A stretch of 10,618 nucleotides of DNA. Source: Candidatus Krumholzibacteriia bacterium. GTDB lineage: Bacteria > Krumholzibacteriota > Krumholzibacteriia > LZORAL124-64-63. The notes under the pieces were generated by a model that worked only from the letters and a program-made list of their open reading frames with translations, ran no database searches and had not been told where the DNA came from. A program made the position numbers and the translations under genes. The stretch is taken from assembly GCA_046484865.1 (NCBI GenBank), contig JAWOID010000124.1, positions 1-10,618 on the forward strand, in the 5' to 3' direction. Each line of letters opens with the position of its first letter. Positions within the stretch are counted from its first letter, which is position 1. Shown here piece after piece: positions 1-6,926 of the stretch.

Positions 1-140
1 CTGGCCGGGGCAGGCTGGAAAGTTGCCCTGGTTGAACATCAATATGTGGGCGGATCTTGCGTCAAGGCGGCTACATCGGTTTGAAGTTTGGACAAATGTT
101 TAAGCGCTTTGGCAGCAAGGTAACAATAGTCCACCGTGGA
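1..140 (+). pseudogene. Two fused fragments of a pyridine nucleotide-disulfide oxidoreductase (MerA/Lpd-like) gene with an internal deletion and frameshift
   Basis: Frame 1 (1-65) reads [21 protein letters not shown], the FAD-binding strand plus the first Cys of GGxCxNxGC, and stops at TGA 82-84. Frame 3 (66-140) reads [25 protein letters not shown], the NAD(P)H-binding GGGxIGxE region, which normally lies over 100 aa further on. GC is 52%, and A/T-ending codons are common, unlike the rest of the window. Confidence 0.75.
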
Positions 141-160
141 CATCCGAACACCAGGCCCGG

Positions 161-1753
161 ATGCTCGACCTGTTCATCACCGAGCGGGTCACCAATCTCA
201 TCAATCTTGTGGACAATCCCGCGCTGCCCGTGGTGCCGAGCCAGGCGCGGGCCGACAGCGCGCTGCAGCGCCTGCGGCGGGTTTCGGAGAGCTTCGTGGA
301 CCTCGGGTTCTTCGGTCACGACGGACAGCAACTCGTGTACGCCGGGCCGTTTCCCGAGCTGGCCGAGCGGGACTACAGCTCGGCCGCCTGGTTCCAGGAA
401 CTGCTGGCGGGCGACACGGGCATTGTCGAAGTCGCTGATGATGCACCGGCGCCGAACGCTCCGCCGGCGTCGGCCACCGTGGTCACCGACATCTACCTGG
501 GCTTCCGCAATCGACCGCACTTCACGATCGCGGTGCGGCGCGACCACGGCGGCCACGAGATCATCGCCCGCGCCACGCTCGACCCCGAAAAGATCTACGA
601 CTTCGTGACGTCGCTGGCCGGGGTCAGGGACGTGGGCACGGCGATCCTCAACCGGGAGGGTACGTACCAGCTCGTCACGCCCGGTCTGGGCAGCCTGCTG
701 GGCAGCGCGGCGGTGGTGCCGCCGCGCGAACCGCGGGTCGGGCACGTGAGCGAGAGCGATGGTGCGGCGTTCCCGTTCGGCTACGCCTGGCTGGAAGCGG
801 TGGACTGGGCGCTGCTCACGCGCTGGGACGCCACCCGGGAGCTGGCGGCGCCGGGGCTACCGGTCGTGAACGTGATTCCCTACGCTGCGGCCCTGCTGGT
901 GCTGGTGTTCCTGGTCATCCTCGTGCAGGCCCGCGGCCAGGTGCGCATGGAGGAGGAACGGGACGAGACCCGTGCCCAGCTCGAGCACGCCGCCAAGCTG
1001 GCCACGCTGGGCGAGCTGGCCGCCGGTATCGCCCACGAGATCAACAACCCCCTCGCCGTGATCAGCGAAGAGGCGGGCCTGATGAAGGACCGCCTCGACC
1101 CGGAGTTCGGGGTCGAAAGCGATCCGGCGGTCATTCGCGAGCAGATCGCGAGCATCGAGGTGGCGGTCTTCCGCTGCCGCGACATCACGCGCAAGCTGCT
1201 TGGGTTCGTTCGCCGCACCGAGTTCAAGCTCGAGAGCTGCGACCTCTCCGAACTGGTGGACGAGACCCTCGAGGGCCTGCTCTCGAACGAGTTGAAGGTG
1301 GAGAACATCGAGCTGGTGGTGACCCACGATGCGGAGCAGCCGCCGGTGATGGTGGACCGCCACCAGCTCGCCCAGGTCATCGTCAACCTGGTGAACAATG
1401 CCGCCGACGCCATCGCGACTCGCCGCCGGCGTGCCGGCAGCAGCGACGGACGGTCGCGGGGCACCATCCGCGTGTCCACCCATCCTCGTGACGGTCACGT
1501 GGAGCTGTCGGTGAGCGACGATGGCTGCGGCATCCCGCCAGACCACCGCGACCGCGTGTTCATGCCCTTCTTCACCACCAAGGACGTCGGCAAGGGGACG
1601 GGGCTCGGGCTCTCCGTCACCTACGGCATCATCCGCGGTCTCGGTGGCCGGATCAACTTCACCAGCGAGCCCGGCCGCGGCACGACGTTCACCATCGTCC
1701 TGCCCGCGGCTGTCGCCAAGGAGAGGCAACATGTCGAAGATCCTGCTCGTTGA
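161..1753 (+). CDS. Membrane sensor histidine kinase (Cache-like extracytoplasmic region, TM, HisKA, HATPase_c; NtrB/DctB-like), probably 5'-truncated
   Basis: H-box [16 protein letters not shown] (His codon 1034-1036), N-box [15 protein letters not shown]1 DDGCGIP, F/G2 [19 protein letters not shown], and one TM ([18 protein letters not shown]). There is no first TM or signal peptide and no SD before ATG161. The frame is open only back to TAA 101-103 inside the foreign segment. Confidence 0.93.
   Translation: MLDLFITERVTNLINLVDNPALPVVPSQARADSALQRLRRVSESFVDLGFFGHDGQQLVYAGPFPELAERDYSSAAWFQELLAGDTGIVEVADDAPAPNAPPASATVVTDIYLGFRNRPHFTIAVRRDHGGHEIIARATLDPEKIYDFVTSLAGVRDVGTAILNREGTYQLVTPGLGSLLGSAAVVPPREPRVGHVSESDGAAFPFGYAWLEAVDWALLTRWDATRELAAPGLPVVNVIPYAAALLVLVFLVILVQARGQVRMEEERDETRAQLEHAAKLATLGELAAGIAHEINNPLAVISEEAGLMKDRLDPEFGVESDPAVIREQIASIEVAVFRCRDITRKLLGFVRRTEFKLESCDLSELVDETLEGLLSNELKVENIELVVTHDAEQPPVMVDRHQLAQVIVNLVNNAADAIATRRRRAGSSDGRSRGTIRVSTHPRDGHVELSVSDDGCGIPPDHRDRVFMPFFTTKDVGKGTGLGLSVTYGIIRGLGGRINFTSEPGRGTTFTIVLPAAVAKERQHVEDPAR
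1718..1726 (+). promoter_or_regulatory. Shine-Dalgarno site for the REC-DASS gene
   Basis: AAGGAGAGG lies immediately upstream of ATG1731, inside the kinase 3' end (23-nt gene overlap, suggesting translational coupling). Confidence 0.75.
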
Positions 1754-3761
1754 CGACGAGGACCGCTTCCGGGAGTCCCTGGAGCAGCGCCTGCGGCTGC
1801 GGGGTCTGAATGCCGATGGCCTGTCCGACGGTCGCGAGGCGGTGAAGCGCGTGCGTCAGGACCTCGACATCGATGTGGTCGTCCTCGACCGGAAGATGCC
1901 GGGCATCAGCGGCGAGGAGGTGCTGGAGGAGCTCAAGAGCTTCCGGCCCGAACTGCAGGTGATCTTCCTGACCGGCCACGGCAACCTCGATTCGGCCATG
2001 GAGGTGGGACGGCTGGACGCCTACTCCTACCTGGCCAAGCCGTGCGACCTGGACGAACTGATCCTGACGGTGGAGAGAGCCCGGCGCGACAAGCCCCAGG
2101 CCATCGCCCGCCACGAGGTGCCGCACGTGGAGGCGCGGACGGTCTGGCGCTGGCTGGTGGGGATGAACAACTCGCGACCGGGGATCATCATCCTGGGCCT
2201 GCTGATCCTGCTGTCTGCGGCGCTGCTGCCGGCTCCCGAGCGCATGGTCACGCTTCTCACCAGCGAGAAGCAGGACGCCGCGATGGACCCCCACGTGGGC
2301 TACGCCGAGTACGGCAGGCTCGCCGAGGGCGAATCGGTGGCGGAGTACTACGCGCACAAGTACGCGGTGGGAACTTCGGTACGGAACGCCGAGGGGCGGC
2401 TGGAACACACTCTGGACACCCGGGGGGTGACCTTCCGCGCCAAGATCATGCTCGGGGTGCTCTGCGTGGCGGCGCTCTTCTGGGCCACCGGCGCGGTGCC
2501 GATCGGCATCACCGCCCTGCTGGTGGGGGCCGTGATGTACGTCACCGACGTGCTCGGCCCCGATGCGATCGCGCAGGCGTACGCCAAGGACGCGGTGATC
2601 TTCATCTTCGGCGTGCTGGCGATCGCGTCGGTGATCAGCAACACGGGTCTGGATCGGCGCATCGGCCTGCTGCTGCTGGGCCCGGCGAAGAACCTCAAGC
2701 GTCTGCTCTTCATCTTCGTGCCCACGATCGGCCTCGCGTGCAGCTTCATCTCCGAGCACGCCCTGGTGGCCTTCCTCATGCCGCTGCTCATGCTGGTCTA
2801 CCGCACCACCGTGCGCAACGAAGGCAAAGGGAGCGATCCCGCGCTCGCCTGCGCGATGATCCTGTCGCTCTCCTTCGCCGCCAACTGCGGCGGGCCGGGC
2901 TCGCCGGCGGCTGGCGGCCGCAACGCGGTGATGATCGCCATCCTGGGCGACTACGGGATGGCGCCCACCTTCGGCCAGTGGGTGATGTACGGCCTGCCGT
3001 TCGTTCCGGTGATGGGAATGGTCGTCGGCCTGTACTTCTATCTCGCGCTGGGGCGCAAGGTGAAGGCAAAGCGGCTGGACGTGGCGGGAATCGTCCGCAA
3101 CGCCGCGGAGCGAATCGGTCCCATGGACCGCAAGGAGAAGACGACGGCGGTGCTCATGGCGGCGCTGGTCGTCATGTGGGTCACGCTCAGCGGCCGCCTG
3201 GGCATGGGCGGGCCGGTGCTCATCGTCCTGGTACTGATGAACGTCTTCCGCATCCTGCGCTGGAAAGACGTGGCCGGGATCCACTGGGAGGTGGTGGCGC
3301 TCTACGCCAGCGCGTCAGCCCTGGGCAAAGGGCTGGCCGTGACCGGCGCCGCCCTCTACATGGCCGACGGGTTCATCAGCGTGCTGCCCGAGGTCATGCG
3401 CAGCGGCGACGGTCTGGCCATCGCCGCCAGCTTCTTCACGGGCGTGACCACCAACTTCATGAGCGACGGCGCCACCGTGTCGGCCATCGGCCCCATCACC
3501 GTGCCCATGTCCATCATCGCGGAGACCCATCCCTGGAAGGTGGGGCTCGCCACGGCGTTCGCGTCGTCGTTCGCGCACATGCTCATCATCGGCACCCCCA
3601 ACAACGCCATCGCCTACGCCCTGTCCCGGGATCCGGACACCGGCGAGCAGCTGGTCAAGCTCGGGGACTTCATGAAGCACGGCGCGGTCGTGTTGCTGCT
3701 CAGCTTCGTGGTCCTGTGGTTCTGGACGATCCTCGGCTACTGGCAGTGGATCGGATTCTAG
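1731..3761 (+). CDS. Response-regulator receiver domain fused to a DASS/SLC13 (ion transporter superfamily) permease, 676 aa
   Basis: The N-terminus [10 protein letters not shown]...VVVLDRKMPG (Asp53)...FLTGHG...YLAKP is an intact REC domain. It continues in frame into a polytopic membrane domain with DASS-type segments ALFWATGAVPIGITALL, TGLDRRIGL, AANCGGPGSP, IHWEVVALY and AFASSFAHMLIIGTPNNAIAY. The true start is ATG1731 (SD present), not 1521. Confidence 0.9.
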   Translation: MSKILLVDDEDRFRESLEQRLRLRGLNADGLSDGREAVKRVRQDLDIDVVVLDRKMPGISGEEVLEELKSFRPELQVIFLTGHGNLDSAMEVGRLDAYSYLAKPCDLDELILTVERARRDKPQAIARHEVPHVEARTVWRWLVGMNNSRPGIIILGLLILLSAALLPAPERMVTLLTSEKQDAAMDPHVGYAEYGRLAEGESVAEYYAHKYAVGTSVRNAEGRLEHTLDTRGVTFRAKIMLGVLCVAALFWATGAVPIGITALLVGAVMYVTDVLGPDAIAQAYAKDAVIFIFGVLAIASVISNTGLDRRIGLLLLGPAKNLKRLLFIFVPTIGLACSFISEHALVAFLMPLLMLVYRTTVRNEGKGSDPALACAMILSLSFAANCGGPGSPAAGGRNAVMIAILGDYGMAPTFGQWVMYGLPFVPVMGMVVGLYFYLALGRKVKAKRLDVAGIVRNAAERIGPMDRKEKTTAVLMAALVVMWVTLSGRLGMGGPVLIVLVLMNVFRILRWKDVAGIHWEVVALYASASALGKGLAVTGAALYMADGFISVLPEVMRSGDGLAIAASFFTGVTTNFMSDGATVSAIGPITVPMSIIAETHPWKVGLATAFASSFAHMLIIGTPNNAIAYALSRDPDTGEQLVKLGDFMKHGAVVLLLSFVVLWFWTILGYWQWIGF

Positions 3762-3831
3762 CCCGGGCTGAGGGCGCCGCCGGCGCGATCGCGGCACCGG
3801 CTCCCGCCCGGCCCGAGAGAGAGGTAGGGAG

Positions 3832-4320
3832 ATGAAGGAAGAGATCCGGCTGCTGATCGTGGACGACGAGGTGCCGTTCCTGCGCACCATGGCCGAGCGT
3901 CTGCGTCTGCGCGGGTTCGACGTGACCACCGCCGAGCGCGGCGAGGACGCCCTGGAGATCGCCCGGCGCGAGAAGTTCGACCTGGCGCTCATCGATCTGA
4001 AGATGCCGGGCCTCGACGGCCGCCAGCTCCTCGAGATGCTGAAGAAGGAGCACCGCTTCCTCGAAGTGGTGATCCTCACCGGCCACGGATCGCTGGAGAG
4101 CGCGGTGGAATGCACCAAGCTCGGCGCCTTCGGCTATCTGCCCAAGCCGTACGAGATCGAGAAGCTCCTGGAGATCCTCAAGGACGCCTACCGCCAGCGG
4201 CTGCAGCGCAAGTTCGAGCAGGACGTCGAACGCACGCGCCGCCTGGAGGAGATCGCCATGGGCCAGAGTGCGCTGGGGATCCTGCGGGCGATGAAGGAAC
4301 TGGACGACGGCCGCCGCTAA
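3832..4320 (+). CDS. Stand-alone response regulator (receiver domain plus ~40-aa helical tail, no DNA-binding domain)
   Basis: LLIVDDE, LALIDLKMPG (Asp55), ILTGHG and YLPKP motifs; SD GAGGT at 3821-3825. Confidence 0.93.
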   Translation: MKEEIRLLIVDDEVPFLRTMAERLRLRGFDVTTAERGEDALEIARREKFDLALIDLKMPGLDGRQLLEMLKKEHRFLEVVILTGHGSLESAVECTKLGAFGYLPKPYEIEKLLEILKDAYRQRLQRKFEQDVERTRRLEEIAMGQSALGILRAMKELDDGRR

Positions 4321-4344
4321 GCTGTCTGGGGCGCCGCTAGCCCG

Positions 4345-5469
4345 TCAGAAACGAGACCGCCGGTCCAGCAGCTCCTGGTAGACCGCGAGCACCGCGTCGG
4401 TCATGACCCCGGCGGTATGCCGGGCGAGGAACCGGGCGCGACCCGCGCGGCCGCGATGCCGCCGCCCCGGCGCGTCGCGCAGCAGTTCCACCAGCGCCGC
4501 GGCCAGCGCCTCGGGTTGCTCCGGCGGCACCACCAGCCCTGCTCCGGCGCCGGCCACCATCCGGCGCAGGTCGCCCGCGTCGGTGGCCACCACCGGCCGG
4601 GACGCCGCCATCGCCTCGAGCACGGTCAGCGGGCACGCCTCGCCGCCGCCCGCCCGCGACGGTTGCGCGACGACGTGACTCGCCGCCAGCAGCGCCGGGA
4701 CGTCGCTGCGGTGACCCAGCAGGCGCACCTGCTCCTGCAGGCCGGCCGCGGCGATCTGGGCCGCGAGGTCGGCACGCCGCTCCCCCTCGCCCGCGATCAG
4801 GAACCTGGCCTCGGGCACTTCTGCGAGCACCCGCTCGGCCGCGGCGATCAGCACGTCATGGCCCTTGAAGCGGGTCAGGCGTCCCGCCGCCACGACCAGC
4901 AGCGCGTCTTCCGCGAGCCCCAGCTCGTGCCGGAGCGCGGCGCGCGCCTCCTCGCGGTCGGGGGCGGGCGAGTCGACGATGCCGTTCGGCACCACCGTCA
5001 CGAGCGAGGGCGGCAGCCGGTCCTGCCGCAGCAGGCGCTCGGCACCCGCATGCGACACGGGCAGGAAGCGATGCACGAGCCGCCGGTTGCGCCAGCGTTG
5101 GAACGGATTGCGCTCGACCGACTGGTCCGAGTGCACCGACGCCACGCAGATCGCCCGCAGGATGCGAGCGGCCACCGCGGCGGTGGTACGGTCGCCATCG
5201 GCGTGGGAGTGCAGCACCTGAGGCGGCCGCGGGCGGAGCGCACGCACCAGTTCCAGCGCCGCGGTGAACTGGCGCAGTCCGCGCCCGAAGCGCACCGGCA
5301 CCACGTCGTGGCCCGCCGCCGCGGCCGCGTCCGCCAGACCGGAACGCCGCCGCGCCGCCACCCGCACCCGGTGACCGCGTTCGGTCAGCTCTCCGGCGAG
5401 GATCAGCAGGCAGCGCTCGCCGCCGGCGACGACGCGCGCATCGTCGACGAGCACGACGTCGAGGATCAT
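4345..5469 (-). CDS. Glycosyltransferase family 4 (GT-B fold, RfaB/RfaG-like), ~374 aa
   Basis: N-terminal AGGER motif, VVPNGI, AGRLTRFKGHDVLI, FLIAGEG, LLGHRSDV, and the retaining-GT E-x7-E motif EACPLTVLEAMAASRPVVATDAG. Start placed at ATG 5469 (MILDVVLVDD) where GT4-like sequence begins; the SD is weak. Confidence 0.9.
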   Translation of the reverse strand: MILDVVLVDDARVVAGGERCLLILAGELTERGHRVRVAARRRSGLADAAAAAGHDVVPVRFGRGLRQFTAALELVRALRPRPPQVLHSHADGDRTTAAVAARILRAICVASVHSDQSVERNPFQRWRNRRLVHRFLPVSHAGAERLLRQDRLPPSLVTVVPNGIVDSPAPDREEARAALRHELGLAEDALLVVAAGRLTRFKGHDVLIAAAERVLAEVPEARFLIAGEGERRADLAAQIAAAGLQEQVRLLGHRSDVPALLAASHVVAQPSRAGGGEACPLTVLEAMAASRPVVATDAGDLRRMVAGAGAGLVVPPEQPEALAAALVELLRDAPGRRHRGRAGRARFLARHTAGVMTDAVLAVYQELLDRRSRF

Positions 5470-5474
5470 CCGCA

Positions 5475-5545
5475 GAGCCCGCCCGTCGTGAGCCGCGCGT
5501 CCCGAGCCGCGCGGCGTGAGCCACGGATCGCGAGCCGCCACGATA
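5475..5545. repeat. Degenerate 14-bp tandem repeat, 5 units with a GAGCC core
   Basis: GAGCC starts at 5475, 5490, 5504, 5518 and 5532 (spacing 15,14,14,14). Units: gagcccgcccgtcgt / gagccgcgcgtccc / gagccgcgcggcgt / gagccacggatcgc / gagccgccacgata. Confidence 0.65.
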
Positions 5546-5550
5546 CCACA
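5540..5550 (-). promoter_or_regulatory. Possible extended -10 promoter for the glycosyltransferase
   Basis: The minus strand reads TGTGG-TATCGT (TGn-TAnnnT) about 70 nt upstream of ATG5469; no convincing -35. Confidence 0.35.
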
Positions 5551-5807
5551 CGTCCCGGTCGCGACGAAGCCGGCGCCCGCACCCAGGCCGCCGGCGGGTG
5601 GGTCTGCCGATCGGCGCAGGACCGCGAATCGCGCCCGCCCCTGTCGCGCCGGTCTCGCTCGCTGGTCGGTTCCTGGGCGAAGTCGGCAGTCCGCTGATTC
5701 TCCTGCGGCCGCCGCCGGCTCGCGGGCGGATGCGCACTTCGCCGCTACCGTGATCAGCCGCAATCGGTTGCCGCACTTGCAGCACCGGCGTAAGTCCGGC
5801 TTCCTTT

Positions 5808-5836
5808 TTGCATCGGCCCGCCTTCGGAATTATGGT
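5808..5836 (+). promoter_or_regulatory. Sigma70-type promoter for the def cluster
   Basis: TTGCAT (5808-5813), exactly 17 nt, then TATGGT (5831-5836), preceded by a T-rich tract, 71 nt upstream of the def ATG. Confidence 0.65.
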
Positions 5837-5900
5837 GGGGCACGTCCCGGCCCGCGGCGGACGACCGTCCGCGGCGGGTCCCGTGTCCCCCAAGGGAGGA
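5837..5900 (+). promoter_or_regulatory. Structured def 5' leader: long GC hairpin followed by SD AGGGAGGA
   Basis: Stem 5849-5862 pairs with 5867-5880 (one G.G mismatch, one G-U) and can extend through 5837-5844/5882-5889. SD at 5893-5900. Confidence 0.45.
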
Positions 5901-5907
5901 TCGCCGG

Positions 5908-6465
5908 ATGGCCATCCGCAAGGTCGCCCGCATGGGCCACCCCGTACTGCGCCAGAAGTGCGCCCCCATCGACCCGCAGAAGATCGCGGGCCCGGAGGTG
6001 CAGCGTCTGATCGGCGACATGCTCGAGACCATGATCGAGTACAGCGGCGTGGGTCTGGCGGCCCCGCAGGTGTACGAGCCCGTCCGGCTGGTGATCGCGG
6101 GCGGGGAAGAGGACGAGCAGGGACGATCGCAGCTGCGGGTGCTCATCAACCCGGAGATCACGGTGACGGACGAGGACGAGCGACTGGGCATGTACGAGGG
6201 CTGCCTGAGCATCCCCGGCATGCGCGGCTACGTGGAGCGCCCCGCCTCCATCCACGTGAAGGGATACGACGAGAAGGGCGCCCGGGTGGAGTTCGATCTC
6301 GAGGGTTTTCCCGCCATCGTGATGCAGCACGAGTGCGACCACCTGGACGGCGTCCTGTACATCGACCGCATGGAGGACACGAGGAAGCTCGGCTTCGAGC
6401 TCGAGATCGCGCGGTTCCAGGATCGGCCCGCCGAAGACGAAGAGGACGAGGCGGAGGCCGACTAG
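5908..6465 (+). CDS. def: Peptide deformylase
   Basis: All three PDF motifs: GVGLAAPQV, EGCLS, QHECDHLDG. Strong SD; acidic C-terminal tail. Confidence 0.97.
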   Translation: MAIRKVARMGHPVLRQKCAPIDPQKIAGPEVQRLIGDMLETMIEYSGVGLAAPQVYEPVRLVIAGGEEDEQGRSQLRVLINPEITVTDEDERLGMYEGCLSIPGMRGYVERPASIHVKGYDEKGARVEFDLEGFPAIVMQHECDHLDGVLYIDRMEDTRKLGFELEIARFQDRPAEDEEDEAEAD

Positions 6466-6489
6466 GGACGGCGCCGGGAGGGACACCGG

Positions 6490-6870
6490 ATGTCGGACCA
6501 GCTGCTGCAGAGGACCGTGGCGGAGTTCAACTGCCGTCATTACAGCGCCGCCGGGCGCGCCGCCGCCGAGGCCCTGGTGCTGGCTCGCGGCCGGGACGAG
6601 GCGTTCTGGCAGGGGATCTGCGAGACCTGCGACGGTTACACCGACCTGGTGGCCGGACGGCACGCCCAGGCCGAGGTGAAGCTGGTCGGAGCCATGCAGA
6701 AGCTGCGCAACTTCGGCTACCGGTACCGGAATCTCGAGGTCACCGGAGCGCTGGCGGGCATCCGCGCCGCCGTGGCCGAACTCCGGGCCGTGCGCTTGCA
6801 ACACAAGCGCGTGTTCGACATCAGCCTCCTGCCTCAGCTGCGGCTGGCGGCGAAGGCCGACGACGCCTGA
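6490..6870 (+). CDS. Small helical protein, divergent DUF309-like
   Basis: Pattern EFNxxxY...EAFWQGI...GRHAQAEVKLVGAMQKL...YRNLEVxxxL resembles DUF309 (FNxGxYFEAHEVLE...FxQGLIQ...GN.xGA..LL.xAxxxL...Y.GxDV) but lacks the HExxE motif. SD GGGAGGG upstream; GC-rich third codon positions. Confidence 0.6.
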   Translation: MSDQLLQRTVAEFNCRHYSAAGRAAAEALVLARGRDEAFWQGICETCDGYTDLVAGRHAQAEVKLVGAMQKLRNFGYRYRNLEVTGALAGIRAAVAELRAVRLQHKRVFDISLLPQLRLAAKADDA

Positions 6871-6882
6871 CGTCCGCCGGCG

Positions 6883-6918
6883 CTCCCGGAGGATCCGCGC
6901 GGGCGGCACCACCGGGAG
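6883..6918 (+). promoter_or_regulatory. Intergenic hairpin overlapping the putative Nudix SD
   Basis: CTCCCGG (6883-6889) pairs with CCGGGAG (6912-6918); inner GG/CC and CCGC/GCGG pairs close a 4-nt loop. No U-tract follows. Confidence 0.4.
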
Positions 6919-6926
6919 ATGAGATC

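Noticed and set aside
57..608. 183-aa ORF starting [15 protein letters not shown]
   Set aside because: Only about the first 27 aa are oxidoreductase-like; the rest is an off-frame shadow of the kinase.
1521..1730. 70-aa N-terminal extension of the REC-DASS ORF
   Set aside because: It overlaps the kinase HATPase domain, is low-complexity, and a strong SD precedes ATG1731.
3762..3820. GC palindromes between the permease and response regulator as a terminator
   Set aside because: No U-tract, and such stems are expected by chance at this GC; the genes look co-transcribed.
4321..4344. Bidirectional intrinsic terminator between the convergent response regulator and GT genes
   Set aside because: The 24-nt gap has no convincing stem or U-tract; it shows only a short CGCCGCTA direct repeat.
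5470..5763. 98-aa N-terminal extension of the glycosyltransferase
   Set aside because: Ala/Arg/Gly-rich with no GT4 similarity; more likely intergenic DNA left open by high GC.
5808..6926. Long 608-aa ORF read as a fusion ending in Nudix
   Set aside because: The upstream part is an alternative frame of def and the DUF309-like gene; Nudix similarity starts only after about 6990.
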